Assembly (NCBI GenBank): GCA_013239625.1
Contig: MU054187.1
Coordinates: 9,009,231 to 9,073,230 of the forward strand
Reading direction: 5' to 3'
Length of the DNA stretch: 64,000 bases
Origin: Lama guanicoe
Lineage: Eukaryota
Under the pieces are notes generated by a model. The model saw only the letters and a program-made list of their open reading frames with translations. It made no database searches and was not told the DNA's origin. Shown here in pieces: positions 40,057-54,599 of the stretch. Each line of letters begins with the position of its first letter. The stretch's first letter is position 1. Position numbers and translations under genes: made by a program.

Positions 40057-42003
40057 TAGATTTCAATTAAGAATCTAAATGCAAGGTTATTTCTGAGGTT
40101 CTAAATGTTTCAGGAAGCTACTGAGTAATGACACAGCAGGAGCCTCTGTGGAATTTGTAATAAAATCCCTTCCCAATGGGTGGACCATTCAGCACAACAT
40201 ACACAATGTATCCACAGCAGGAAAAGCCATCTTGTAAACTTGCCATTATTCTTTACTCTCAGTAATTATTTACTAATTTTACTTGATACAATAAAATAAT
40301 CACAATAAATAAGGTTGTTAGCTGACTGAAAATTTCCATGATAAAAAAATAACCGCCTTGAGTATATCACCTGCTTTTCATGAACCACCGCTCATGTTCT
40401 GGCCAACTTCCACTCATCTTTCAAGGCCCAACTCCATGGACACCCCTGCCCCACCTCCATTATCTGCCTCCAGCCCCTTCCCCAGCAGACGACTGAATTG
40501 TGCTCCTACAGCACTTTGCATGTCTTGCCACAATAACACTCCGCAGAGCGCCCCAACAGTCAGAGGTCTGAGCGTACGCCACCACTATAGGTACACTTAC
40601 TTACAGATTATCATACTGAACGGACAGACATGGCACATGATAAAAGGAGAGTGAAAACTGAAAAATTTAAAAATATGAGATACAAATAAATTTAGATTCA
40701 AATTCTAATATATTCTCTCTATGCCAGAATGGATCTTTTCCCATCCTGTGTCAAGTCCATCTCAGTTTGGGAAAAAAAACAACAAAAACAAACAAACAAA
40801 AACTACTGAGAGCCTGAATCCTCTAAAATACTGTAAACTGTTGGCAGACAGAGAATGTAAATTATTTATTTTTGTATTACCTATAATCGGTATTATGGAG
40901 TTCAATGAATGAGAAGATAGTAAAGACAATAATTTGTTCTTTAGGATATGCAAAAGCACTTAAAAAAATAAGGTTTTTTTTTAAAGCACAGCTTACTTAC
41001 AAGGTTCTGGGTGCATGCTGGGAGGGAAAGCCAGCTAACTAAACCACGTTGGCCAGTTGACGCCAACTCCGAGAATATAACCACATGGCTGCCACGTTTC
41101 TGATGTTTCAACAGATTGTGGAATATGTGAAAACACCCCAATTTATAAAGTATATAATTTCATGACTTAAAAAAAATCAGCTATGGTGGCGTTATTTATA
41201 TGCAGTAATAAAATGCATATATTTATGTGTATATTTTTGACAAATGTATACTCCCAAACACCCCAATTTTTAAATTAAGCTTTAAAAAACTCTAGGCCAA
41301 GCCTGAAGTGCCTGTTTGAGAGTCTTGTGGGAGAAACTGGTACCTAATCACCATCCAGCCAGGCAAATGGATTGATTGATGGAGGAAAACACTGAATTCT
41401 CTGGGGCACAGAGGAGGGTCTGTGAAGGATTTGCCCTTTGCCTCACACTGTCCGCGCACAACGAGAAGGAGCTGGGGTGTGTGCGGGCACTGGGCAGGAC
41501 GGCGGGGCCGAGAGTGTGCAGGGATGAACGTGGACACAGACGCTATCTTATGCAGCTCTGGCTGTACTAATTTTAAGCACCTTTTGCCCATATAGCTCTA
41601 ATAATTCTTATTTTAAAGTTTTCATTAACATACTCAGTGAACTTATCCGTCAAAGCTTCAATTAAGGACATAGATAAAGTCACTCAGTCCTGAAACGCAA
41701 GCACCCCCTTCATCACTGAACCGCCCCTGTGGAGTTTAGCATCAGTGCCAATGTCTGGACGCAGCATGGGAGGGTCCACAGGTCCTGGCCACCCTTGGAC
41801 TTCTCCACCTCTCTCTCCACAATGATCCCAATTCTCTGGCTGTGCACTTACAAATACAGACACATCTGGTAACCTGATCCAGCTACGTCCTCTTCTCGTG
41901 AAGGACGCTTCTGATTTTGAGTCTGACTAAATCACCAGCTCAAGGGAAAGTGTCTGCAATTAAATCAAAGGAGTCTCAGGATTTTCACCCACTGTGAACG
42001 TCA

Positions 42004-42141
<138 letters not shown>

Positions 42142-43619
42142 TCAACTGCAAACAGGAGGCATGTACAAGTACAAAATCTGCAAGGCTTATGAGCCCTCCA
42201 GCTATGCCCCACATGTCATCAGCTAACCGTGCAGATTCAGAGACGACGGTCACTTCATAAGTCACATTTACCTAAAGCACCGATCCCGCTTTGACACCTA
42301 ACTTGTTTGCAACTTTTTTAAAGAGAAAGTATTCGTGTCAAAATTATAATAATTATTATTTTCTCTTTTAAAATGATAATCACTGTGCCAAACTCCTTTG
42401 ACTTTTTTAATTTAAAAAGAGTTTCTTAGTTTAATAAAAACAGTACAATTTATTCAACAGATATATACTGTGCCAGGTACTGTTCTGTGAACTAGAAATT
42501 CATCCGTGAACAAAATTCTACAATAACACAGACACCGGGGTATGGGGAGGCAAGCTTCTGGATGCGCCGTCAGTGAGGTGGGTGTCGGATCTGACATCAG
42601 TTTCTCGGTGGTAGGCACGGCTCTTCTGTTATCCTGCCTCCTCTGCTCAGTGTCTGTTATGCCAGCATAAAAAAGCAGACGAGGACTAGGGGCAGAGTTG
42701 TCCCCGCCACCGTCAAACCTGTACTTGGGCCCCAATGGCTTAACATTCCATCCAGTGTCTCCAAGCAAAGTGAGCTGAGCCCAAGATGGTGAACTCACTG
42801 GTGAGAGGGAAAGAGTGTTAGAGTTCTGTGTTCACTTTGAGCCCATCCTTTAAAATAGCCTGAACACTGTGGTTAGTAACTATTTTTGTACGTGTTTTAT
42901 TATCTAGATATTAGTGCAGTATTACAGGGACGTAATTTCTAAATAAATATGCATTGAAAGTTTCTCAAAAGTCCTAGGTAATAAATTTTCTTAGTTTGGT
43001 ACTTAAGAGGAAAGAAAATATTATCCTCTTCCTTAAAAAAATTAGAATTCCCACACTAATTTTTTTCTAACGTATTTATTTGGTGAAAGACTCCAATTTT
43101 GCTCCTAGCAGAGTGGGCCAAAGTAAATACCACTCTGCATATTAAAACATATTCAAATAATCTTTGAATTTACTGTCAAGAGATTTCTGGGATGAGAAAA
43201 ATGGAAGATCTGAGTGTGATGGACCTGGTCATTTAAAGTTTTAGCTTCAAAACTCCAGGAGGGGACAGAAATGGGTCCTTTCTGTCAGGAAGCTGTGGCT
43301 GATCTAAGAGACTGACTGCAAAACGGTCCCAATTCTTGGCCAGGCCCCCCCACCCATGGCTTTGAGCCTTCAAAGCTTCCCCACCAAGAGGTGTGGTCCA
43401 CCCCCATCTGACTGGTTCTGGCCACCAGCACGTGGTGGATGTGAAGGCGAGCCAGTGCTGAATCGGGCTCCAGAGGGCTGGGCACACCAGCTCTCTCCTA
43501 CACACTGGACAACTCTTTTTGAACAAGCTTGCCTTGCTGTAAAATAAGTAATTTTTCTTTTCTTTTCTTTTAACGTGACTCTATTATGGTGCCAAGTTCT
43601 TCCTCTTCCTTCTAATGGG

Positions 43620-43836
43620 AGACCATGTAGAACAGAACCAGGTCAGGCCCAGTGGCCCGGCTGAGGGCCCGGCCGAGGCCCCCCGCAGCTCACCTGGTGT
43701 CAAGGGAGGTATGCAGACAAGCTCAGCCAGACCAGAAGAGCCTCCACAGCCCCCCAGACTCGAGGCTAAATAAATGTGCGTTGCTTTAAGTTGCTAACTC
43801 TGGGCTGGTTAGTTTTAGAGCAATAGCTAACTGATA
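43620..43836 (+). mobile_element. MLT1 (MaLR) LTR 3' part
   Basis: Ends aataaatgtgcgttgctttaagttgctaactctgggctggttagttttagagcaatagctaactgata, the typical MLT1 terminus. Confidence 0.7.
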
Positions 43837-43902
43837 TAAAACTAAAGAAAAGTTAAACAAGTTCTTGCATGAATCTTATCACTGTTAAATGAGTTAGAAT
43901 CA

Positions 43903-44124
<222 letters not shown>

Positions 44125-45772
44125 TTACACCTTATTTTTACCAGCTATGAATTTTAAATATCACATCTTTTTTCCATTCTAATAAAAATGACTCTATTTT
44201 TCCAAAACCAAACCACCAGGAGATAAACATTTTTGAATAGTTTTTTAAAAAGACACCAAAATAATTAGAATCGATAGAAAACTCTGAAAATTGTCCCACA
44301 ATGAGTAAGTTTAATTCAATTTCCCAAAGCACCTAACACCTGGCTACACTTCACCTCCTTGTGAACATCCCTCTACCTCACTGCTCTAACTGAGCGAGGG
44401 GGTCCCCGAGCAAACTGCCTGGCTGCAAACCTGTGAAGTGGAGGTTGTGTTTATTCCTAAATATACAGGGCCAGGAGAAGGGATCAGTGACCTCAAGATC
44501 AAAACTCTGAGCTCAGCCCCTTGCCTCTCCCAGACTAGCAGCAGAAAATCGGAGAGTTGCTGAAGGCGTGGTCGTGTTTGGGGTGTTGTGATCCTCCCCC
44601 CAACCCCCCGGGATCACAAAACAAGGCAGAATTCTAACACTATAAATTCACAGTCAGCTATCTAGCCATCTTACCACATTTTTCTAATGAAATAGTTTTT
44701 CACTTTTTTAAATGCCCATTTTCAAGGCTTCTCTACTTTTTTCAGACCTGGAACACACTCACTCCGCATTCCCCCTCTCATGCTTGATAGCCTCATACTT
44801 CATGGGAAAAATACAAGCCTGTTAAGTTTCCGTTTCTTTCAAAAGCCAGTCCTTCCACAGCTTCTCAGGGACCTTCCTCAGTCTGTCGGATACATCTACC
44901 AACCTCCCAACCCTGTTCCCACTGAATCAAAACACGCATCCCTCCCTCCCTCTACTGCCCCCCCAGTTACCACCCTCTACGCCCCAAAACGTGCAGCGAG
45001 GATTATCTTCACCCCCAACTTCCACTCCTTTGCAACTGGAGTCACACCAAGCATAGAAATTAAATTTGGAAAAACTACTATTTTTATAATGTTCAGTTTT
45101 CCCTTCCAAGGTACTTCTCCATTTTTTATACGTTCTATTATATTGTTCAAAGTTTTATAGATTTCCCCTACAGGACACATATTATTTTAACAGTTAAACA
45201 GACTATATGTTTTAAAGGTGTGTGAGCTTATAAACTACTGCCAGTATTCAGACAGTAACAGGAGCATGAACATGATTCTAGTGTTCTCAAAAGAAATTTA
45301 TGATTCTAACAAACATGTATAAAAGGCCTAACTAGTTTCACAATGAAAAATTATACTAACAATATTTATGAAGAACTATAAAGGACCATTGGGCTAACCT
45401 AATTATCCCAAACTGCCTAAACCACTGTCAAGAGAAACCCATGGCTGAGGAAAAGTTAATTAACCAGAACAAAATTTGCCTGAGTAACACTGAAAAAGGA
45501 TGTGGCAGCCAAGAGCCAGTCTTCTTAAAACCCACCTGACGTAACATTTTCAAACAGAAAGAAAACACTATTTCACATCTTTTAAGAAATCAAACGTTAA
45601 AATGCATTCAAATCCTGGTAACACTCTACTGGTACAAACATGAGGCCACGCGGTCTGGAACCATTTGTGAAGAAGTGAGCTCTGCTTCTGTCATCACCAC
45701 TGTAATAACCAATTTTTCTTGGGGTATATACATAGATATTATAGAACGTATGTTCAAAAACCACTCTGGTTT

Positions 45773-46772
45773 AAAAAAATGGGCAGAGGATCTGAAAAGA
45801 TATTTTTCCAAAGACATACAGATGGCCAACAGGTACATGAAAAGGTGCTCAACATCACTAATCACCAGAGAAATACAAATTAAAACCACAATGAGATGTC
45901 ACCTCACACCTGTCAGCATGGCTACTATCAAAAACACAAGAAATAACAAGTGTTGATGAGGATGTGGAGAAAAGGGAACCCTTGGTGCATGTTGGTGGGA
46001 ATGCAAATTGGTGCAGCCACTATAGCAAACAGTATGATGGTTCCTCAAAAAATTTAAAGTAGAACTACCATATGACCCAGCAATTCCACTTTGGGGCACA
46101 TGTCTGAAGGAAATGGAATCACAATCTCAAAGAGATATCTGCGCCCCCATCTTCACTGAAGCATTATTTACAACAGCCAAGACATGGAATCAACCTAAGG
46201 GCTCATCAATGGATGAATGGATAAAGAAAATGTGGTGTATATCCAATAGAATATTATTCAGCCACCAGAAGGAAGCAAACTTGCCACATAATATAATATA
46301 AATGGAGTCTGCGGGAATCGTGCTAAGTGAATTTAGTCAGACAGAAAGAAAAACTCCGTATGATCTCAGTTACATGTGGAATCTGAAAAAAATAAAAACA
46401 ATCTCGAGTTCGTAGATACAGAGAATAGACTGGTGGTTGCCAGAGGTGGGGAGTGGGGGAGTGAACAAAACGAGTGAAGGGGGTCAAAGGGCACAAACTT
46501 CCTATTATAAAATAAATAAGTCCTGGAGATGTAATGTACAACATGGTGACTACAACTAATAATACTGCACTGCATATTTGAATGCTGTTACAAGAGCAGA
46601 TCTTAAAAATTCTCATCACAATAAAAAAAAATTGTAACTACATATGGTGACAGATGTTAATCAGACCCACCATGGTGATTATTTTGCAGTACATACAAAC
46701 AGCAAATCATTACATTGTATACCTGAAGCTAATATAATGTTATATGTCATTTATACCTCAATTGAAAAAAAG
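45773..46772 (+). mobile_element. 5'-truncated LINE-1 (ORF2 C-terminus plus 3' UTR and A tail), antisense in PDE7A intron 5
   Basis: Translates to [45 protein letters not shown], typical L1 ORF2 C-terminal region, with stops/frameshifts; ends ttatacctcaattgaaaaaaa. Confidence 0.92.
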
Positions 46773-47250
46773 AATGTATATTCATTTTGTATAATTAGGT
46801 AATCATATGGTTCTCCCTACATTGTTTCCCAAACCTAATGAAATAAATTGCCAACTTCTAGGGTCTAGAATAAGTTTATTTTTTCTTCCAGCTGCTTTAT
46901 TTGTTCCATGGTTGCATGTTTGAGCTTCCAGAATGTTAGAGTAAGTTTTAAGAAAGCTGCAACCCAATGGTAAAACACTCTTATCTGGAATTCAGGCAAA
47001 CAGCAGTAAGAAACACATGTGACATCCTCCACCAAGAATCTTAAAGGAATCTGGTTAAGAACCAATCTATCAAAGTGTACTACCCTATAGAAAAGAAAAA
47101 CTGCATCCAATATTTTTCCCCATTTTCAGTTCATAAGATACCAACCAACTTAATACTAGTGAATACGAACACAAGCCAATGAAACAGTTCAAACAAGAAC
47201 CAGGCACAGAACTTATTTTATATGATAACAGAAACACTTTCTTTAAAAAA

Positions 47251-47395
47251 ATTTTTTTTTAAATTTTTTGGGGGGTCATTAGGTCTATTTATTTACTGTT
47301 ACATTTTTTTTAATGGAGGTACTGGGTATTGAACCCAGAACCTTGTGCATGCTAAGCATGTGTTCCACCATTTGAGCTATATACCCTATCTCCTC
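47251..47395 (-). mobile_element. tRNA-derived SINE (Vic-1-like)
   Basis: atggaggtactgggtattgaacccag...gagctatatac; flanking repeat aaacacttt on both sides. Confidence 0.85.
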
Positions 47396-49701
47396 ACAAA
47401 CACTTTTTTGAAAAGAAAATTGCACTTACAGAAAAGCTACCCTCATAAAGATAAATCATAAAGGATAGACCTGCCAAAGGTGTTACAGCCCTCGACAGTT
47501 TTTAGGATGTGATTCTAGGTGGAGGCTGGCAGGATTAGGCTCCCGCAATAACACAAGCCTGGCCACGAGGATCCTCAAGTGCCAGGCAGCTTCTGGGGGA
47601 GACAAGCCAGATCGTGCTCTCTCATGCTACCTAAGTCATTCCTGCCAAAGGAGTTATCAAATATATCTTACTGGACAGTCACCTCTTTTCTCCTTGCAGT
47701 GGACAAGCTAGGGATCATTTGCATGAGTGAGAATCACTAAGCTTTCCTTCTTCCCTGCGCTCCTCACAATGTCATTTAGGAAATCACCAGAGTAAGAAAC
47801 ACAGAGCACACTGGATCAACAAGCAAGAAGGGGAAGAAGCTAGATACTTGGATACTACGGACATACACCATCCAGAATTCATTTCAGGCTAAAGCAGCTT
47901 TGAAAGGAAAGCAGTTCCAATTAAATAATGCAAGTTGAAGGAATTTTCTTCTGCCTGTTTGTTCCCTGACGATATCTCTTCGTGTACAGAATTTCTGTTA
48001 CCTTTGGGTGACTGTACTTAACTGAAAATATATATATATCACCATCTGCAAATGCACAGGTGGGGAGCTAACCATGGGTGGTTTCTATTAACCCGTAACG
48101 ACTCTAGGAAGAAACCGTTTGGCCATCTTCTCCACAAAGAGGAGTGAGAGGGTTAAAGAAAAGCAAAGTGCTCAGTTAACTAACATGGACCAGTGGCCCT
48201 TACTCCTGCCCAACCTACACCATCACCCGCTCCACTCCCATCACCAAGCCCCTGACTAGCAGGACACGTTCTTTTTAAAAATAAAATCAGAGAACAATCA
48301 ACTATTTCAGGGAGTGACAAGTGTCCCAGGAGACTAAGAACAGGCTGTGAGCTGTGAGTGTTTATATGAGGCTGGACCCTGAAGGTGTTAAGGTCGGCCT
48401 CGTCTTATCTATATTTATCTTGTGATTGCGACTAAGGAAATATTTGTGTTGCGTTAGGAAGGCGAGTTTCCCAGACCTTCAAGAAGCTGAGCCGCCTGTA
48501 TTCTCAAAAAGGGGAAGGCTCAAGGGAAGGACAGCTGTGTAAATGATACCAGAGCCCTTCCGCGTGGACAGGCCAAAGTGGGGGCAGGGAGAGGGACAGA
48601 CACCGTCACCAGAGGGCAAAGGAGACGGAACAGGAAGGGAAAGGGGGAAAAACAAAAAGGCAGGGAAGCTGCAGGGAGGTTCTGCTAATCAGGCCAGCTT
48701 CACTGTCTTCCCACCTGCGCCTGGGTCAGTCCGGCTCACTTTCGGTCCCCACGCAGACAAGGGTAGGTGATGGCGAAGTACCCTCCCCGTGCCCAGCCGC
48801 ACAGCTCAGAGGGAATAACACAGTAACACGAAAAAGCTACACTCACACTGATTCTCAAGATGAATACAGTCGTATTTGCTTGTCCATTCCCCACATTTGG
48901 CTTTCTTCTGAAAGGAGCTTTAATCCAAAGTAAAATTTTAAAAAGGTGACTTCAAAGTATAGTAGGGAACCACCTATTTATTTACTTCATTCTCAACAGT
49001 CAGAACTGACTTCCTCTCGGTGAACTTTCCACTCTGCTTCACTTGTTTAAAAGATACTAAGGCAGAAGGGGCAAAGTCTAGTTGGACTACAGGTACCATC
49101 AATTTTCTTATGCCAAAAATTCTACCCTAAATAGAAAAATGATTCCTACAGAGACTTCTGTTCCTGTTTCCAAAGAAAATAAGGGAAAATGAACCCTCCC
49201 CCAAAAAGCAAAACTCAGGAGGAGGTTAACAGATCAGAATCACCTGTTTTTTTCAAAGTACTCATACTTTCCGTAGACTCTGGTAAGCCCCCTGAAGAGG
49301 CCCGGAGCTCTTCCCCACCCCACAGGGAGAAGCAGCACCACAGGCGCCGCCCCTGCGAGCTACCATGCCCTCTCTCTCTGTGCCACACCCTCTCCTCTCC
49401 TCCGGCTGCGGACGGAAAGCCTGGGGACCAGAGCTAGAAGCAAGGACATCTCTCAAAAGGTCGTTACTCTATCACATGTCTGGGGCTACCAACACTGGAA
49501 TACAAGATCGGAGGATGTCACTGTAAATGGCTACAGTCCAAAAAATAAAATTTCAGATCGATTCTTAAGGCTTACGGATCAGTCAACAAAGAGGGAAGAA
49601 AATGCTCCCTCTGCCAGCAGAGGGCTCATAACCTACGCAAAGCAAGCAGCAACCCACCAGCAGCTGTACCATCCAGAGAATACATTAAGTCAAATTCTTC
49701 A

Positions 49702-49869
<168 letters not shown>

Positions 49870-50139
49870 TTAAGAAGTGTTAAGTATCATTCTTTTAATC
49901 AAGACCTTTCCCAAAGGCTCCGAAATATGCCCAAGGGGATAAACTCTATTTGAAAAACCAATTACTATTTTGTTTCCCAACTAATAAATGTATAGGTAAG
50001 GTTAGTTGTTTTTTTCAAGTTACTCCTATACTCCCATGAACTGTCAAGAATTCTAATATAATTTAATATCACAGAGGTGTAGTTCATACACTACATGGTC
50101 TCGGAATTAGATTTTAAAACTAATAAAAATAAGTTGGAA

Positions 50140-50350
50140 GGACTGAATACTTACTATATTCCAGGTACTGGTAAGAGTGCTCTACTCTTTACTCACTATT
50201 CATACCAATACTATCAAGCACGCATTGTTTTCAATTCTCATTTACAGATGAGGAAACAAAGCAAAAAGTAACTGACTTGTTCAGTGGGAAAGTAACAGCT
50301 GGGCTCTTAAGTCAGGTGGTCTGAGCCTGGAACACAGGCACCTGACATCT
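50140..50350 (-). mobile_element. MIR SINE remnant
   Basis: ctcatttacagatgaggaaacaaagc...taactgacttgttcag core. Confidence 0.6.
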
Positions 50351-51518
50351 ATACTGTGCTATGTTTCAGTTATTTGTTACTCGTTTTCTTAAAACACACT
50401 CCTAATTTATGGGCGTTCTTTAAATATCCCTATAAAGCAGTTATTAATAGCATTTACTACACTATTTCTAGGTTGATGTATATTTCAGCCAAGCAAATAA
50501 ATCCCACAACGACCCTAAAAATCAAGCAGATTATATTTCCACACCACATATTTGTAACCTGGAAATTTCATAGACTTTATTTTCAAGAAAAAAAAAAAAC
50601 TTTGTATCCAAAAGTTCATGTTGAATACATTTATGACTAAACAGACATAAGCAATACTAAAGTATTACTAGTAGAAACTGTGATAGTACGAACAACCAAT
50701 CACACAGACCAATATTCTCATTCTAAAAAGCAGAACTTGGTGAACTTTTTAAAATTTAAAGAAATCATGAACATTTTTCCATTGATTTGTTTTATCAAAC
50801 AGGAAAGCAAATTTTTTTCACTGTAATGTAATCATATGGTGGTATTCTGGCCCAGTCTACACAAACTTACAATATCTGGCCTGTAACTATTAAATCAGAG
50901 GATATTTTTATAAACATTAGAAATGTAAGATTATTAAAAATCCTCATTCGGTCAAAAACAAGTTCATCTAATCTCCACCTTCATTAAGATATTTCTTCTA
51001 AACCGTATAAAGAAAATAATGCTCACAATCACTGGGTTTAATTTAAAAAAATCTAAATCCTCAAAACATCTCACTGATGCAAGAGACTGTGAAATCATTT
51101 GACTGAAAGTCATGAGACTTCCTGTGCCAGGCTCACCTCTAACCAGCTGCGGGAGCTCGACCCAGTGGTTCATGCTGTTTAGGCCACAGTTCCCTCACCA
51201 ACACAGAAACCAGATCAGATAATTCAAAATCTTCTTCCCCATGTTAAGATTCCATGCGATCTTTTAGTTTAATGTTCTACTAATCTATTTGCTATTTAAT
51301 ATTGCAATAAATGAAAACATTTTCATTATTTTAGTTACTTCAGGAATGTTCCTTGCTCTCTAATACCTAATTATAAAATGAACAGCTGCTCTAAAGGAAA
51401 AACCTGAAAAATGGGTTCAATTAATTTCACATACAAAAAATCAGTACCATGTAAGGGGGGGAAAGGCTGCGTTAAACTTATCTAAAAATTAATGTTTTCT
51501 TGAAAAAGCTATACGTAC

Positions 51519-51670
51519 CTTGGCTTGTCCATTATAATCATCATCTAAAATGTTTAGAGAATTTGAAACGGTAGTACCACGAAAAAAGCGTGAAGATCTA
51601 AGATACCGCTGGAAACTTAGTAATCTTCTGATATTCCTTGCAGACACAGAAACTTCAATTTCAGATGGAG
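51519..51670 (-). CDS. PDE7A: PDE7A exon 4, [31 protein letters not shown]...DDDYNGQAK
   Basis: tttcag| acceptor, AAG|gtacgt donor, 152 nt; within ORF 51489..51710. Confidence 0.96.
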
Positions 51671-54599
51671 CTGAAATAAAAGGAGTAAAAGGTGAGCACA
51701 GTATACGCACAGTTTTGACTTGCTATCTTAATAACACCCCTTCTGGTCATACACAAGCATTTCTTAAAATTGATCAACTGTCACACATTTCTAGGAGAGA
51801 AGAGGTACTTTTATTTGTATTTTCAATCAAAGAGCTAAGAATGAAGGCATAAATGGCCAACTGTGTTAGCATTTAGAAAGCTAATGAAGAGTGTGACTGG
51901 ATTAATAATCAGCTTTTTTTAAGAAAAAAAAAAGCTTCCAAGAACATTACCTCTCACTCTGTTGCTTCAATACACTATACAAACATTACGGAGCAGAAAG
52001 ATAAAATTTAGTTTCAAACTACCCTTCGTATTGAGAAGCCATGTCCCAAGTTACGTGTGAGGCTTTAAGAATTATACGACTAAAACATCTCAAATCCTAA
52101 TGAGTTATCACTTCAAATATTTCCTTAAAATACTTTTATTTAGAGGAAAAGGAGATGGAATGGAGAATAAAGTAGTTTATATCCTGTAAGAGTTCTAAAG
52201 GATAGTGATAAAAATTCTGTAAGATGGAAAAACTCTATGAAAAAACTGTGGTTCCACATTGAGTACTGGTATGTTCTCTTTCTTCAAGTCTAAGTCGTTC
52301 TTCCCTCTGACATTAGAATTAATCAAAGTTTCTGTGGACACCAGATGAAGTAACAGACTTTGGTTAAAAGCTATCTTGTAGGAAATGAATGTTATCTTTA
52401 ACTTCTTAACTAAATTCAGTGATATGTTCCCAATACAAAACACATGAAAACAAAGACCAAGGATCAAACCAACCATCATCTCCCATCTTAACTTCCATTA
52501 GCATTCCACTGGTAGAGTAACAGGTAATCACACACATTCTCTCGTGTGTCCAGTCACCACTTCCTCTATTAACCCTATAACCCAGTGTTTTCTTACCTAT
52601 AAAACAGTGGCAAAAATATCTAATTCAAAGGGTGCTGAATTAAATAATATAACATATACATGAGTCAGATATGTAATAGGTATTAAATAAATGGTGGCGA
52701 TGTAGATGCTGATAAAATTGATGTTGATGCCACTGCTTGGAGGTGTGCTTCTAGGCAGTTATCCTGCGTTCCAAATCTGTTCATGTTGGTCTAAACAGAA
52801 GTATTCATTGGCTCCTCATCATTTTAAAATGAACTCCATCTCCTTAGTCTGGAAGAAAAGCCTTCATGCTCTATATCAATGTAACTTACACTGAAAGGGC
52901 TAGAACCAAAATGCTAACACTATTAATATCAAACAATTATGTTTGAATGAGAATTAGCATATTTGAGGAAATTAGGGTAGTTTAGTGAAAAGTAATGTTC
53001 CAAGTGCTTTAAAAAAGTATTTCACTTAGCCCTCAACAATCTCAAAAAGTGAGTATTATTATCCTCCACTTTACACACGAGAACACTGACTCTACAAACC
53101 CTGTATTGGCTCTACGTAGCCAATACAGGGGTCACAACTGGATTTTAAAACTCAGATCTGTTTACAAAGCCTGTGTCCACAGTCTTACTCATATGTTTCT
53201 TATTATATGTCTACAGTATTATGTATTGACTGTTTATGATAAAAATTCTGTGTATGCTATTATTCAAAATTGTCCTTACTTAGATGAAAGTATGTATAAA
53301 AAGAAGAGGGGACAAAAGCAAATGCATAGAAATTAAAGTATTAAATGTGACCCCTCCAGTCTTATTCCTCGAAATGACTGGACCTGGAAGGAACAGAGTT
53401 GGAATGACAGGAATATACCTGGAGCAGATGAGACTAATTCATACCATATTTGTACTGCTGTCTCTGTGTTTACAAGGCATTTTTTCAGTTTCACAGAAAC
53501 ATGTCCACACCTGTGATCCTATTTGGTCGTCACAACAATCCTGTGAAGTACCATGCCTATTTTACAAACACAAACTTTGAAACCAAACTAGAAGTACAAT
53601 ATGATTAACACATTAGGCCCAAGGCATTTAGAAAGCTTCTTAAAAGTGTTGCAGAAGACACAGACTCTACTCACTATGGAAAAGTAGCCTAAAAGAGTTC
53701 AAGGTCGTAAGCACAGCTTCATGAGCATTCCCTTCAATTTACTATCTTAAATCACACACAAAAGGTAACAATTTTCTCACTGGCAATTACTTTACATCGT
53801 GTGTGTGTACACATATAGTAGGATTACTGCTCCCAAATTATATGTCCAAATGAATCCACCCTGAAGTAAATTTGAGAATCTCCTTGGCAGGATAACTGCA
53901 TAAGGTCCAAAAAATGAATGAGCCTCATTTAAGGGGGCTCAATCCACTATGCTAAGTCCCTGTATCAACATGGCAAGATTCACACTGTCACTGGTTAAGA
54001 CTGCCAGCGCTGTCTGGGAGTCAGGGTTCTACCCACCATGTCATGGCCGTACCTTCCCCTGCCTCTTTCCTATTTTCTGGGTGGCTTCTCACAAGTCACA
54101 CCTTCTCAATGTCTCATTTTCCTTAACTGAAAAATACTAACCATAATTCATGTCTTTTTCCTGTTTCACAGAGCCCTGAAGTTGGGACTCATTACCAAGA
54201 GCTCTGTTTGACCATACTAAGATGAGTGTGAACATCAGACATTAATTCAAGGGGAAACGCTCACTCATCATAGGAGAGGCCTTCCAGCAAGACAAATCCC
54301 ACAAATAACCTACACAACAGGGTAACAGACAACCTTCCCTTAACGGCAGAACCAGCCGTAATAATCACTGATTATTTCACATAACTAAGGAAGGACAGAG
54401 AACCTGTTCAGATAAAATGACAAATCATCCAGTGAAAAGAGTTCTCTTCACCCAGGGGGCCTGCGGAGCCTGTACTTAAGATTACATTCTAGAAATAACT
54501 GAAAATCCCATGAGACTTTGCAGAGATGGTAATTAAAACTAGCTGAAAGCTTTGCCTAAGATTTAATATAGGACCAGAAAGGTAGGGAAGGAAGGGAAT

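Noticed and set aside
48250..48790. Possible ERV/LTR remnant; similar impression at about 28180-28700 and 30590-30910
   Set aside because: Composition is LTR-like but I cannot identify termini or family by eye; needs RepeatMasker/Dfam.
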